Assembly: GCA_964016885.1 (NCBI GenBank)
Contig: CAXHJY010000594.1
Span: forward strand, 1-60,044
DNA length: 60,044 nt
Reading direction: 5' to 3'
Source: Eledone cirrhosa
Taxonomy: Eukaryota
Below, piece after piece: positions 41,359 through 52,589 of this stretch. Each line of letters begins with the position of its first letter. The stretch's first letter is position 1. The notes beneath the pieces were generated by a model. That model saw nothing but the letters and a program-made list of their open reading frames with translations, made no database searches and was not told where the DNA came from. The position numbers and the translations under genes are program-made.

Positions 41359-41896
41359 GTTATTACGTTGCAGCATCATTACTAAGCAACGTCATAAGCA
41401 ACGATACCTTGCAGTATCATTGCCTTACGATGTCTTTACCTTGTGACGAACTTAGTAGGCGGTGAAATTACAGGTGATGTGTATACCATTATGTTATTAC
41501 ATACAATGAATTCATCGGGCAGCTAAAGTGTGTATATGTGTATGATTGTATGTGAGTGTATGTGTGGGTGAGGAGTCTGTAAGGCAGATGTTTTGATAAG
41601 CAGCGCTGCCATGCTAAACTTACTATGCTGGCATAAATATAAACATACAAACTATATTTTAGTTCTATCTATAATATACCTACTATCTGATTTAATTTTT
41701 GTTTCTGAGTAAGTATTATAAGATTTGAAAACAAGTCGTAACCAGATTTATACCAAATTCTGCAAGAATAGAGTTATAATAGCGAAGAATCAATTACCAT
41801 ATTTGGTGGGTATGGTGGTCACTTAGTACACCCATTATATGTGCCCCTATGTACCACCAGAAAATGTATAAATACCACCATATCACATTGACAGTC

Positions 41897-41948
41897 GGCT
41901 TTCCTGATGATTTCCTTCGAATGAAACAGTTCTAGTCCAGTAGAACCC
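41897..41948 (+). ncRNA. Hammerhead ribozyme motif with degenerate stems
   Basis: GGCTTTC-CTGATGA-TTTCCTTCGAAT-GAAA-CAG...CAG-TA-GAACCC. The paralog at 51469-51517 (minus) has CTG-TA-GAAGCC, which restores stems I and III. Confidence 0.65.
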
Positions 41949-41973
41949 ATTTCTATATTAAATATATATATAA

Positions 41974-42025
<52 letters not shown>

Positions 42026-42040
42026 CCCGCCTCTCTCTCT

Positions 42041-42131
<91 letters not shown>

Positions 42132-42133
42132 TA

Positions 42134-42522
42134 TAAACAAGAAGTATAAGTCAACAGGTTAAAATTAATTTCATTTCTTCATATTTGTTGTAATACATAT
42201 TTCAGTGATAACCATTATTCAATAGTTATGACCTCATTAGACAGCTGGAACTTGAACAGAAAAACCAGAACAACATTATGTTTTTCTGTTTTTTTTATGT
42301 TCAAGTTCTAGCTGTCTGATGAGGTCATAGCTGTTGAATAATGGCTACCACCGAAATATATATAACAGCGAACATGAATAAACGAAGTTAATTTAAACCT
42401 GTTGACTTACATTTCTTGTTTTTAAATTACCCCGGAGTAAACAGACCCACCTGCGCACCTCGTTGAGTGCTCTACCTTGCATACTGAAGTGTCGGTAACT
42501 AACCAACACATTACTCAAATTT

Positions 42523-42523
<1 letters not shown>
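42134..42523 (+). mobile_element. Penelope-like fold-back remnant (inverted arms of about 140 bp plus 3' tail)
   Basis: 42134-42275 is an imperfect reverse complement of 42279-42422, and the right arm contains a hammerhead. Confidence 0.8.
42311..42369 (+). ncRNA. Minimal hammerhead ribozyme motif
   Basis: GCTGT-CTGATGA-GGT..TAGCTGTT(GAAT)AATGGCTA..ACC-GAAA-TATATA-TA-ACAGC. Confidence 0.85.
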
Positions 42524-42584
<61 letters not shown>

Positions 42585-42614
42585 AGATCAAAAGATGGTT
42601 AAAAGAGTTCCACG

Positions 42615-42685
42615 TATTTTATTATGCGCATTTCAGAAACAAATATCATCATGGGATGATATCTGCGTTCTCATCAGATAAAGTA
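42615..42685 (-). ncRNA. Hammerhead ribozyme motif (inverted copy)
   Basis: TACTTTAT-CTGATGA-long stem II-GAAA-TGCGCA-TA-ATAAAATA. Confidence 0.75.
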
Positions 42686-43808
42686 GGGAGACATGATATG
42701 AAGCTTAAAAAACACTTGTGAGCAGTGAAGTTTTAAATCAACATATGAAAAATAAAATAAGATGGATATATGAGATTGGGGAAAAAAATGAGGATGGGGG
42801 GGGGGGGGTAGGAAAAGGTAAGGGAGAGGAAGAAAGAAAATAAAGGATGGTATAAGAAGGAAGGATGAGAGAGGAGGAGAAATGAGTGATAGAGAGAGAG
42901 AAATAGCCTTTACAACTGAGAAAACATTGTACTCATTCCATGTCGTTGTGATCCCCTATCTTTCTTCTTTTTATCCTTTTTCCTTCCATCTTTTTTTCTT
43001 TTTTAATTTCTAATCTTTAATCTGTAACTTTTACTTCCCAATTACTTCTCAATTCATATTATTACTCACTACAGCATTTTCCATTTTTCCATTTTCCCTC
43101 ATATTATTGGCCATAGAAACTATATTTTTTAATATATAATAATATTACCATTAGAACATTTTTGTAAACATATGTACTTTTTGACGTTAGATATTTTTTT
43201 CTTCCTTAAATTCTCTTTTTTCTTCTCTCCTTCCGTGTTCGTTTTAAACCTATTATTTACTTTTACATGTTACAATACATAAAAACAAACTTAAAACCTA
43301 AATAATTCCTCTAAGTTCATAATTCATTTATTATTCTCCTTCTTTCACATTATATCCTTAATATCAATAATATTTTAATTTTAATAATACATATTAATAA
43401 ATTCTTTTTTTTTTTCGCACATATTATTAAACCCTTCAATATATAAACATAAATTAATACTATTCCTAATACCTTTTTCTTCAATCATAAACATCAACAT
43501 CCATAAACCTCATTAACTTTTAATTTCAAAATCTTTTAAAATTATCTATTATCTCCCAACGGTTTTTTAATTTCTCTCTGTGAGACAATATTTTCTCAGT
43601 TGTAAAGGCTATTTCTCTCATTCTATCACTCACTTCTCCTCCTCTCTCACTCTTCTTTCGTATACACCTCTCCCACCATCCTTTATTTTCTTTCTTCCTC
43701 TTCCTTACCTTTTCCAAATCTCATATATCCATCTTATTTTATTTTTCATATGTTGATTTAAAACTTCACTGCTCACAAGTGTTTTTTAAGCTTCATATCA
43801 TGTCTCCC

Positions 43809-43879
43809 TATTTTATCTGATGAGAACGCAGATATCATCCCATGATGATATTTGTTTTTGAAATGCGCATAATAAAATA
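43809..43879 (+). ncRNA. Minimal hammerhead ribozyme motif
   Basis: TATTTTAT-CTGATGA-GAACGCAGATATCATC(CCAT)GATGATATTTGTTTTT-GAAA-TGCGCA-TA-ATAAAATA: 8-bp stem I and palindromic stem III. Confidence 0.82.
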
Positions 43880-44037
43880 CTTGGAACTCTTTTCACCATC
43901 TTTTGATCTTATATTCTACTCCAGTCCTATAAACTGTAGAATGCTACTTATCCGATATTTGCATTGCTTTATTGTGCTACAATAAAACTCACCTCCTACA
44001 TTATATATATAAATATATATATATATAAATATATAAA

Positions 44038-44089
<52 letters not shown>

Positions 44090-44147
44090 AATTTGAGTAA
44101 TGTGTTCAGTACGCAGGGTAGAGAACTCAACGGAGTGCACAGGTGGG

Positions 44148-44178
<31 letters not shown>

Positions 44179-44299
44179 GTGAAGATAGACATAGAATATT
44201 CGAAAATATTCTGTATGTTTATAATAAACATTTTGAAGACCTAATCGCTATAGAATAGAATACGTCACGTATTACAATTATATACAAATATATATATAT

Positions 44300-44645
44300 A
44301 TATCACAGAAAAAAGAGAATCAATGTTGCGACGAAAGGAATTTATTGGAGATATTACAATTGTTTCTCGGGCGACCAGCTCGAGGCACGATCGATGTGGT
44401 GATCAAACCTGAGTCTGAAATCGCGCGGTCCTCGAATACGTCTCGATTCTACGAAGCAGATTTTCCTACATCGATCGTGCCTGGAGCTGGTCGCCCGAGA
44501 AACAATTGTAATATGTCCAATAAATTCCTTTCGTCGCAACACTGATTCTCTTTTTTCTGTGATATCATACTCTGCTCTATGAGGGCATCGAGTGCTCATA
44601 CGGCCTACCGCATACGGACGCTTTAAGCATCCAACACACCAATTA
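44300..44645 (+). mobile_element. Fold-back element (near-perfect inverted arms of about 98 bp), probably Penelope-like
   Basis: 44300-44398 versus 44468-44564. The arms carry the hammerhead 3' half GAAA-CAATTG-TA and AATAAA. Confidence 0.7.
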
Positions 44646-44674
44646 TATATATATAGTCATTACAATGTTAATAT

Positions 44675-44856
44675 CAATAATTGTTTCTACTTTTGGCACA
44701 AGGCCAGCAATTACTCAGTGCATTACTGGTACTTTATTTTATCGACCCCGTAAGGATGAAAGGCAAAGTTAACCTCGGCGGGATTTGAACTCAGATCATA
44801 AAGGGACCTAACTCTATGCTTCAAAGCTTGGTGTCTGCATCTCTACCGATACTGTC
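44675..44856 (-). mobile_element. tRNA-derived SINE (short subtype)
   Basis: Core and tail in reverse. Confidence 0.9.
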
Positions 44857-45322
44857 AATAATAATAGTTGATATCACTTAATGATATTTGAATAAATTGA
44901 GTTTATTAGTAATCCTAGAGTCGGAAGAAGTGAATAGCCGTGTCTGAACTCATTTTTCAGGCTCCAGGGGTACTTTATGAAATTACAGCGAACTCCTTAA
45001 CCTTACAGTCATGTATCTTTAAGAGTATATATGTTTGTGTGTTTCTATGCGTCTTCATATTCATTCTAACCATATATGTATAATACATATATTGTATGTA
45101 CATATTGAAACATGATTTCAGTCACAGCTGTTATTTGAGAATTTATCTAAAATATTATCAGCCACAAGACATACCCCGGTGCCGCGACAACAACAAATAA
45201 CACACCAATCAAACCATCACCATAACCGAAAACATAATCACAGTAACACTAATATACACCAATGCCACCATCATCATCATCGCAACAACAACATGTATAT
45301 ATGCATATATATATATACATAT

Positions 45323-45387
<65 letters not shown>

Positions 45388-45499
45388 TGTATGTATAGTA
45401 TATTTGGTAATATACTGTATGTTTAATTAAAAACATTTTGAAGACCTTCCGCTATTGTTTTAAAGTAGTGACTATGTCACTTACTTCTTTTTGCAGCAA

Positions 45500-47676
45500 A
45501 GGAAGGGAGATAAGCTGACAGATCTGTTTCACACTGTTAGTGTTCCTCAGAGCCTAGTACTCGCCGACCTCTGCCGAAAATTATAGAATTAACTGATATG
45601 TGGTCCGAGAGAACCCACAGACACACAGCCATCAAGAAGCACCGGGACCTTATCCAGCCTTAACTTCTACAAGGTTAACTGGAAAAAGATCAAGAGAGAA
45701 CTCCGGAAGCAAATATGGAGCGAATACACCGCCACACAAGACACCAACACACAATGTCAACACTTCATGACAACGATACACACTATATGCCAAAAGTTTG
45801 TCCTGGAGAAAAAGGCCAACAGACACAAAAATCTTATTCCCAGAGATAGAAAAATTCTTATGAGACGAAGAACCAAACTCTCAAACCAGTTGAATGCACA
45901 ACAAGAAAACAAAAACGAGAAGGAATCCTATTTGAAATGTGCACTACTTGACACCGAGAGGGCAAAGAAAGAAAGCAGGGCCATAGAAAATATTAAAACA
46001 AACCCTAAGGCTTTCTTTAAATTTGCAAAAGAAACTGCCTCGGTACACTGCAAGATTGGGCCACTCTTCCATACAGACGGTTCATTAACCGAGAATCCCC
46101 AAGAGATAAGTGAAATACTGAACGAACAGTACAAAAGTGTGTTCACATGTCCACTGAGGCACATGCAAATAACAAAGCCAGAGGAGTTATTTGATGCCAC
46201 AACACTCCATGAAGAAATGGTGACCATCAACCACATAGACATAACGGAGGAGGATGTGGTATACGCCATAGATGAAATTCGAACAGACTCAGCTGATGGA
46301 TTCCCAGCAGTCCTCTTAAAAACATGTAAGCGAGCCTTAGCAACTCCACTGAAGACGCTTCTTCAGAAGCTCCTTGGCTAGCGGTATACTACCCAGGGAG
46401 CTGAAAGAAGGCACAATATGCCCTATCCAGAGCGGAGGCCAAAAACTATAGGCCAGTCTCCCTGACGTCACATATCAATAAGGTCATGGAGCGAATCATC
46501 AGAAAGAAACTGATCACTTTCCTAGAGGAAAATGACCGCCTGACTAGCACGCAGCATGGCTTCCGCCCAGGAAGAAGCTGCCTTACACAGCTGCTACATC
46601 ACTACGACTGGGTACTTAAACAACTGCTAGACAGCTCACATGTGTACGTGATATATATTGACTTTGCGAAGGGCTTTGACAAGGTCAACCACGGAATGAT
46701 ATGTCACAAACTACACGAACTCGGCATAACTGGAAAAGTAGGTGAGTAGCTGCATAACTTCTTAAAGGACAGAAGCCAGACAGTCGCAGCAAACGGGGCC
46801 CTCTCAAAGGAAACATCAATAACAAGTGGGGTGCCCCCAGGCACAGTCCTGGGACCATTACTGTTTTTGGTGGCTCTCTCAGACATGCCCTCTGTAGAAT
46901 ATACAACAACATCCCTCACTAGCTATGCTGATGACACTAAGGTAACACAGGCAATCAAAAACCCGGCTGACGCTGCCCTTTTACAAGATCTGGATGCCAT
47001 ACACAAATGGGCGGAAGACAAAAACATGCAGTTAAATTCTGGCAAATTCCAAGCCCTACAATACAAACCTGCAAACACAAATATAGTACAACACAGTTAC
47101 ACAGGAGCAGAAGAGACCGATATACCGTGTCGAAATCGATACGAGACCTGGGCATAGACATGAACGATAATGCATCTTTTTCCTCACACATCATGAAAGT
47201 GGCGACAATGTGCAGACGACTCGCTGGTTGGATCTTGAGGACTTTCCGGACAAGAGACCGAGACACCATGTTCCACACCTTGGAACGAAGACAGGAGTGA
47301 TACGCAGTGATCTACATGTGGAAAATCCTAGAGGGACAAACACCAAACTTTCGCATTGGGAGCTGGACCAACCGTCGAACAGGACGTCACTGTGCAATAG
47401 CCTGGGGTTCAAGGGCCTTCAACTCTTCAACAAACTGCCCAAAGATATGAGAGATTTGCATGATGTGGATGTGGAGGTCTTCAAGAAACATCTCGACACC
47501 TTGCTAACCAGGATCCCAGGTGAGCCCACAGCAAGGCACGAGGGAAACCTAAGGGCAGCAGCAACAAACTCCCTCTTGCACCAGTGGCCAACCAATACAG
47601 GCTGGAGATAAAATGTGTATCAACAAGGGCGGTTCCCCAGCATGGGCTGGAACAGGTAAAAGAATAAACGAATAAA

Positions 47677-47680
<4 letters not shown>
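45500..47680 (+). mobile_element. 5'-truncated, decayed CR1-group LINE (RT region to 3' tail)
   Basis: Motifs NFYKVNW, IKTNPKAFFKFAK, NYRPVSLTS, QHGFRPGRSCLTQLL, YIDFAKGFDKVNH, SGVPPGTVLGPLLF, YADDTK and RDLGI, with stops and frameshifts. Confidence 0.9.
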
Positions 47681-47761
<81 letters not shown>

Positions 47762-47919
47762 ATATATATATATATAATTATAAGTTAAGAGAGAGATAGA
47801 GAGAGAGAGAGAGATAGAGAGAGAGAAAGAGGAAGCAGGGGTACACATGTATGTGTATGTAAATAGATATCATGTCATGTCATATATATATGTATATATG
47901 TATGTATATATGTATGTAT

Positions 47920-48523
47920 GTCAGGTCACCAGTTGGTGCTACTGGTAACATGTATCCCAGCACAACCTGTCTCATAGTCGGGTCGTTGGCGACTAAACTG
48001 GCAACCCCATGAAGGTTTCTTGGTGAGGAGGGTGACTTTGGACATCCTGCAGGACTAAAAACAAAACCTGTCAAAGGGCAAAGGAGCTCTTAAGAGTCAA
48101 TGACCCTCCAAAATCACCGGGAAAGATGACCCCTTAGCCTTTGTCAAGGCAGAATTCTAGGAGAAGGAAAACTGATATAACACCTGAAACCCTGATGGTA
48201 TCCAATGATGTTGACTTGTTCTTCTTTTTGGTAAATATCATCTTGGTTAAGAGAGTGGGACTGGCTTTGTGCAGTGCCTTTGCTCACTATAAAAGCTTAA
48301 CGGCACAGGCATTGCTTTATATCTGGAGATCTCTCTGCACTTGTCGTCACATGGTACCATGGGCCCAGCACTGTGTCAATAATTGTGACAAGTGTAGTGT
48401 TTGTACCAGAGTTTTCAAGTCGCTGGCTGGACTAAAAAGTCACACTCGTTCAGCGCATCGGTAGGGGTTCTCCTACATGGTTATAAAGTAGTGGCCGTAC
48501 TCGAAAACGAGTTGGCAGCCACC
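47920..48523 (+). mobile_element. Non-autonomous RTE-derived element (family R1, about 600 bp) within (TATG)n
   Basis: Near-identical copy at 56975-57581. Ends with CSVCTRVFKSLAGLKSHTRSAHR*, hairpin ACTCG-AAAA-CGAGT and an (ATGT)n tail. Confidence 0.8.
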
Positions 48524-49305
48524 ATGTATGTATGTATATATGTATGTATGTATGCACATACATACATATACATTATTTTGTAATTTGGCAAAGAATATCA
48601 AAAGTTATGAGAGCACACAATATTAGGGTAGAGATGTAGAATTACTATGGCATCATTGAGGTCCAATTGTTTCTCTGAGATAGGTTTTAGAACCTCAGCC
48701 CATATCGACTCTAATTTATAATGAGAACTTCCAAACATCGTCTATATAGACTAATGATCTGGGACCAAGAAACAATTGCACATAAATGATACCGTAGTTA
48801 GTGTAATAAATATCTCTCTCTATGTCTCTCTCTCTCTCTCTCCCCCTCTCTCCCCCCTCTCTCTCTCCCTCTTTCTCTCTCTCACTCTCTCTCTTTCTCT
48901 TTACATATATATATATGTACGAGGTTAACAGGTGATAAATTATATTTACTAATATATATATATATATATATATATATTCAGAGAAAGAATATTAGAAAGA
49001 CGTTCATACAAACACACACACATATGCTGTCAAGTTAAATGAATAAATCACCTGCTAACCTGGCAGAGAATCTCATATAATCTTTAAGACGTAGAACAAC
49101 AGATGTTTCAGTGAAGACTTAATAGGAATTTACTCACCTACACGCGACAGATTAGTGTGAAGAAACCATAGGTTCAACGAAATAAGAAATATCAGTAATG
49201 TACTGGAAATCAAGGAAAAGTGTCAATCTTTAGATCGCACCATAGAAACAGAGTTTCCCTTATGGTCGAGTAAAATAGGCGGGTGCTAGCTGCTTTTTCT
49301 AGCAA

Positions 49306-49985
49306 ATGTCTTGGTTGTCCATCGTATACGATGATGACATCTTCTTTATTTTAGTTCCCGTCTGCCGTGGGCACGAAGGTGGCTGTAGAGGCCGTTCCTT
49401 GACTTGCAGGTCCGGAGACACCTGTTACATCCGCCTCTTGCCCATCGCCGCAAGGCTTTGGGAGTGCACGCTAAAGAAGAGACCTGTGCGGGAAAGGTTT
49501 ATAGTGAGAGGGCCAGTGCACAGTGACGGTCCCACTCACTCGGCCGCAGAAGCCAGAATCCGGTGGTACGGAGGACCGTCACGACCAGGGACTTCCTTGG
49601 CTGCAGTGGATGGCCTCGACGTCTGTAGCGCCTTGCCGTACCCTAGCGCTCCACACCGCTTGCTGTCGCCGCCTTCGTGACCGTTGGGACGATGTTGTCC
49701 TCCTCCACTCACTCCGCCTGGTCCAGTCTTCGCATGCAGGGGCAGGCATCCCCTATCTAAGTCACCGGGGAGTTTCAGACCAGTCCGGCTACCCTCAACC
49801 TGGTTTGGCCCGCCATCCAAGGCGGTTTACCAAGGTGTGGCCGCTGTCGCATGCTACAGCTTCTTGGGGCCCCAGGTGAGAGCTGAGTGTCAGGTGGGAC
49901 CGAATGCGGGACGAGCTGTCGTGAAAAGGGCATGGCTAGTCCCCCCTACAGAGGTACATGCCCCTCCCTGACACCCCAGGCAATA
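49306..49985 (-). mobile_element. Non-autonomous RTE-derived element (family R2): GC-rich 5' UTR fused to the 3' end
   Basis: Minus strand encodes CNRCLRTCKSRNGLYSHLRAH...* near 49350-49430, then hairpin CATCGTATACGATG. No RT or APE in between. Confidence 0.8.
49798..49977 (-). ncRNA. HDV-like ribozyme candidate
   Basis: P1 GGGGTGT/ACACCTT, P2 ACCTGG/CCAGGT, P3 GGC/GCC, P1.1 CC/GG, P4 CCGCC/GGCGG and J4/2 GCCAA occur in the correct nested order at the element 5' end. Confidence 0.65.
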
Positions 49986-50039
49986 CACACGTATATACAT
50001 ACGCATACATATGTACATGTGTATATACATATTTGCACA

Positions 50040-50228
50040 TGTTTGGATGGCCGTTGACTCTTATCAGTTCTTCCGCCCTTTGTCAGGTTTGGGTTTTTGT
50101 CCTGCAGGGTGTCCAAAATCACCCTCCTCACCAAGTAAACTTGGTGCGGTTGCCGGTTTAGTCGCCGACGACCAGACCATGTGTCCTGGTTTACATATTA
50201 CCAGTAGCACTCAAGAGTGACCTGACAC
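50040..50228 (-). mobile_element. Diverged 5' fragment of family R1
   Basis: gtcaggtcac...gtgctactggtaa...ggcgactaaac...ggtgaggagggtga...ctgcaggac is shared with 47920 and 56975. Confidence 0.8.
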
Positions 50229-50356
50229 AAATGTATTACTCACCAAACGCCCAACATTTACCTCCTTTCTGTCACCGTTATATCACGTGAAAATTCTCTT
50301 TCCCGAGAATTTTTCACTTGTAAACGGTCAATTAAACAATTAGTCCTTTCCATTGA

Positions 50357-50450
50357 GGGGTCTCTTGAGAAACCGGTAGCCTCACGTCCCTAGTGCGCCT
50401 TTGTTGCATTATAGCTGCATACCAATTGGCGAAACTATAGTTGAGACTTT
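50357..50450 (+). ncRNA. Strongly degenerate hammerhead motif
   Basis: GGGGTCTC-TTGAGA...C-GAAA-CTATAG-TT-GAGACTTT. Stem I and the palindromic stem III are present but the core is damaged. Confidence 0.4.
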
Positions 50451-50583
50451 GGAGAAAAAGTGTATTTTGTCTATTTTTCTCCTCAAAAGAACTAGCGTCC
50501 GAAAGACCCTTTGCTATGTCAAGCGTTAACCTAATATATTCATTCTATATACTGTACCGATGGTGTTGTTATTTCTGTTTACC

Positions 50584-50707
<124 letters not shown>

Positions 50708-51017
50708 TTACATTAATTTCTCTATTTTCATTTATATATTTTACTCGGAGCTTTCCTTGAGTGCTTATTAATATTTGTGACTAATCCCAGTTTAAAAAAA
50801 AAACTGCGATAATATTGCTTATGCTGAACTCTATATTTTTGTTGAGTTTTTTCGGAATGTTTTGACTGGTGTTTCTTGTAAACAGATTTTCGTCTCATCC
50901 TGGCATCACTAGCGTGCGTCCATGTGTGTTTTGTTATTTCAACTCTACACGCTGTTCACTTGCCTGCTTTTAGTTCCTCTCTGGCATTGTAGCAGTTTTA
51001 TTTAGTTAACGTGTTGA

Positions 51018-51097
51018 GCACTACTGAAGATCGAATCCAACCGTGACTAACCCCACTGAAAAGTTACGTGAAATAGTCTTTTAAGACTATATAGTGC
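51018..51097 (+). ncRNA. Type I hammerhead ribozyme motif with a complete stem III
   Basis: GCACTA-CTGAAGA-[T..CGTGACT/AGTTACG..T]-GAAA-TAGTCT(TTTA)AGACTA-TA-TAGTGC. Lies between direct repeats cttacattaatttctctattttcatttat (about 50707 and 51240). Confidence 0.78.
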
Positions 51098-51262
51098 ATT
51101 TGTAGTTTTCCACAAATTGATGGTTAAGTATTTTTTCTTGATTATAAGATTGTATTACTTATCCCAAATCTTACGTTAAACATTTTTCATCTTGATGTTA
51201 TTATAGTCGCTTATATGTCTGAATTGTTGTTGGTTTTTGCTTACATTAATTTCTCTATTTTC

Positions 51263-51320
<58 letters not shown>

Positions 51321-51413
51321 TTATTTTTATGTATATATATATGTATTTTTATCTTATATATATATATATATATATATATAAGATAAAAATACATATATAT
51401 ATACATAAAAATA

Positions 51414-51468
<55 letters not shown>

Positions 51469-51471
<3 letters not shown>

Positions 51472-51517
51472 TTCTACAGGACAACAACTGTTTCATTCGG
51501 GAGAAATCATAAGGAAA
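51469..51517 (-). ncRNA. Degenerate hammerhead motif, paralog of 41897-41948
   Basis: TTTC-CTTATGA-TTTCTCCCGAAT-GAAA-CAG-TTGTTGTC-CTG-TA-GAAGCC. Confidence 0.55.
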
Positions 51518-51521
51518 TATA

Positions 51522-51580
51522 TACTCTTTTACTCTTTTACCTGTTTCAGCCATCCGGCTGAGGCCATGCTGGGGCACCGC

Positions 51581-51581
<1 letters not shown>
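51522..51581 (-). repeat. CR1-type 3' tail (GGCGGTGCCCCAGCATGGCC...GGCTGAAACAGGTAAAAGAGTAAAAGAG)
   Basis: Matches 47627-47680 and 7907-7968. Confidence 0.75.
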
Positions 51582-51659
<78 letters not shown>

Positions 51660-52324
51660 GTGTCTTTCCTTTACGAGTTTTGTGTAATTACTGAAAGAAT
51701 TAAATAAATAATCAATTAATCAGAGCTATTTAACAATTATAAATGTGAAGAGAAAATAGACAAAATATACATAATTTTTTCTTCAAAGTTCCGACTGTAC
51801 ACTTTCACCGTGTGGTGTGCAGTCAAAGTGCACTAGGGCCCTAAGGCTATCTGCTTTTCAAGCGACCCCTCAATAAAATGATGAAATCTTATACTGACCG
51901 CCACCAGTGGAAAATTCTCCGGAGGGAGAATTAAAACGGTCGCAGAAGGGTGGTAAGGGCTGGACGTTTGGCGAGCAATATATTTGCTAGAAAAGGCAGC
52001 CAGTATACCCCCTTTTCATTCGATTGTAATATATAGACATGTAAATATGCCAGAAATACGAATTTCCCTGTAAATTGAGAAAATAGTAAACACCTTTAAT
52101 CAATATTCAAAGCTATTTAGGTTTTCATCAGAGGGTGTGTTTATAATTTAAACAACCACCATTCTGTGTATATATATAGATTTATCTTTATTAGGCACTT
52201 CCTAATTAGCTACCAACACGAGCGCTAATTATACGTAAATTAGCACGAATGGGTATATAAGCCAATCAAATACGTGTTTCCTTGTGGTTGTTTAGATGAT
52301 ATATACACTTAGGGTAATTCAGTA

Positions 52325-52395
52325 AAGGGAATTGCACCCTATTGTGTGTACAGTCTGTTGTTGGGTGACATCGGACCATACTTTTTCGAAGATCA
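52325..52395 (+). pseudogene. Tc1/mariner-family transposase relic
   Basis: LHPIVCTVC followed, in another frame, by GDIGPYFFED. Resembles the LHP...VWCG...GIIGPYFFE motif of this family. Confidence 0.5.
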
Positions 52396-52589
52396 CATTG
52401 GGAAACATATGCTTTACGTGGCTCCCTCTGCCAGGAGTTGCTACCAGCCGATAATTTCAACAATGAAAAGGCTACTGACGATTGGATACCTTGTTTCTTC
52501 TTTTTCACTTGTTCTCTTTACGTTTTCAATTTACAAAGAAAAAAAATCAAAAATAGTGGTGTGGAGGGGGAAAATACTATGCTGTTGGC

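Larger units (their letters stand above)
42579..44003 (+). mobile_element. Penelope-like remnant with inverted repeats of about 340 bp (42579-42930 / 43585-43915)
   Basis: The arms are reverse complements and each carries a hammerhead. Bounded by (TA)n. Confidence 0.8.

Noticed and set aside
47920-48005. HDV-like parse of the R1 leader (P2 CCAGTT/AACTGG, GACTAA)
   Set aside because: The pairing is not preserved in the diverged copy at 50040-50228 and there is no P1.1.
48141-48464. ORF with a C2H2-like motif as a host zinc-finger gene
   Set aside because: It is a single motif inside a multicopy RTE-like 3' end and is frameshifted in the second copy.
48650-48705. Minus-strand GAAA-CAATTG preceded by CTGAGG
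   Set aside because: Core and cleavage triplet are both damaged, so it is too degenerate to call.
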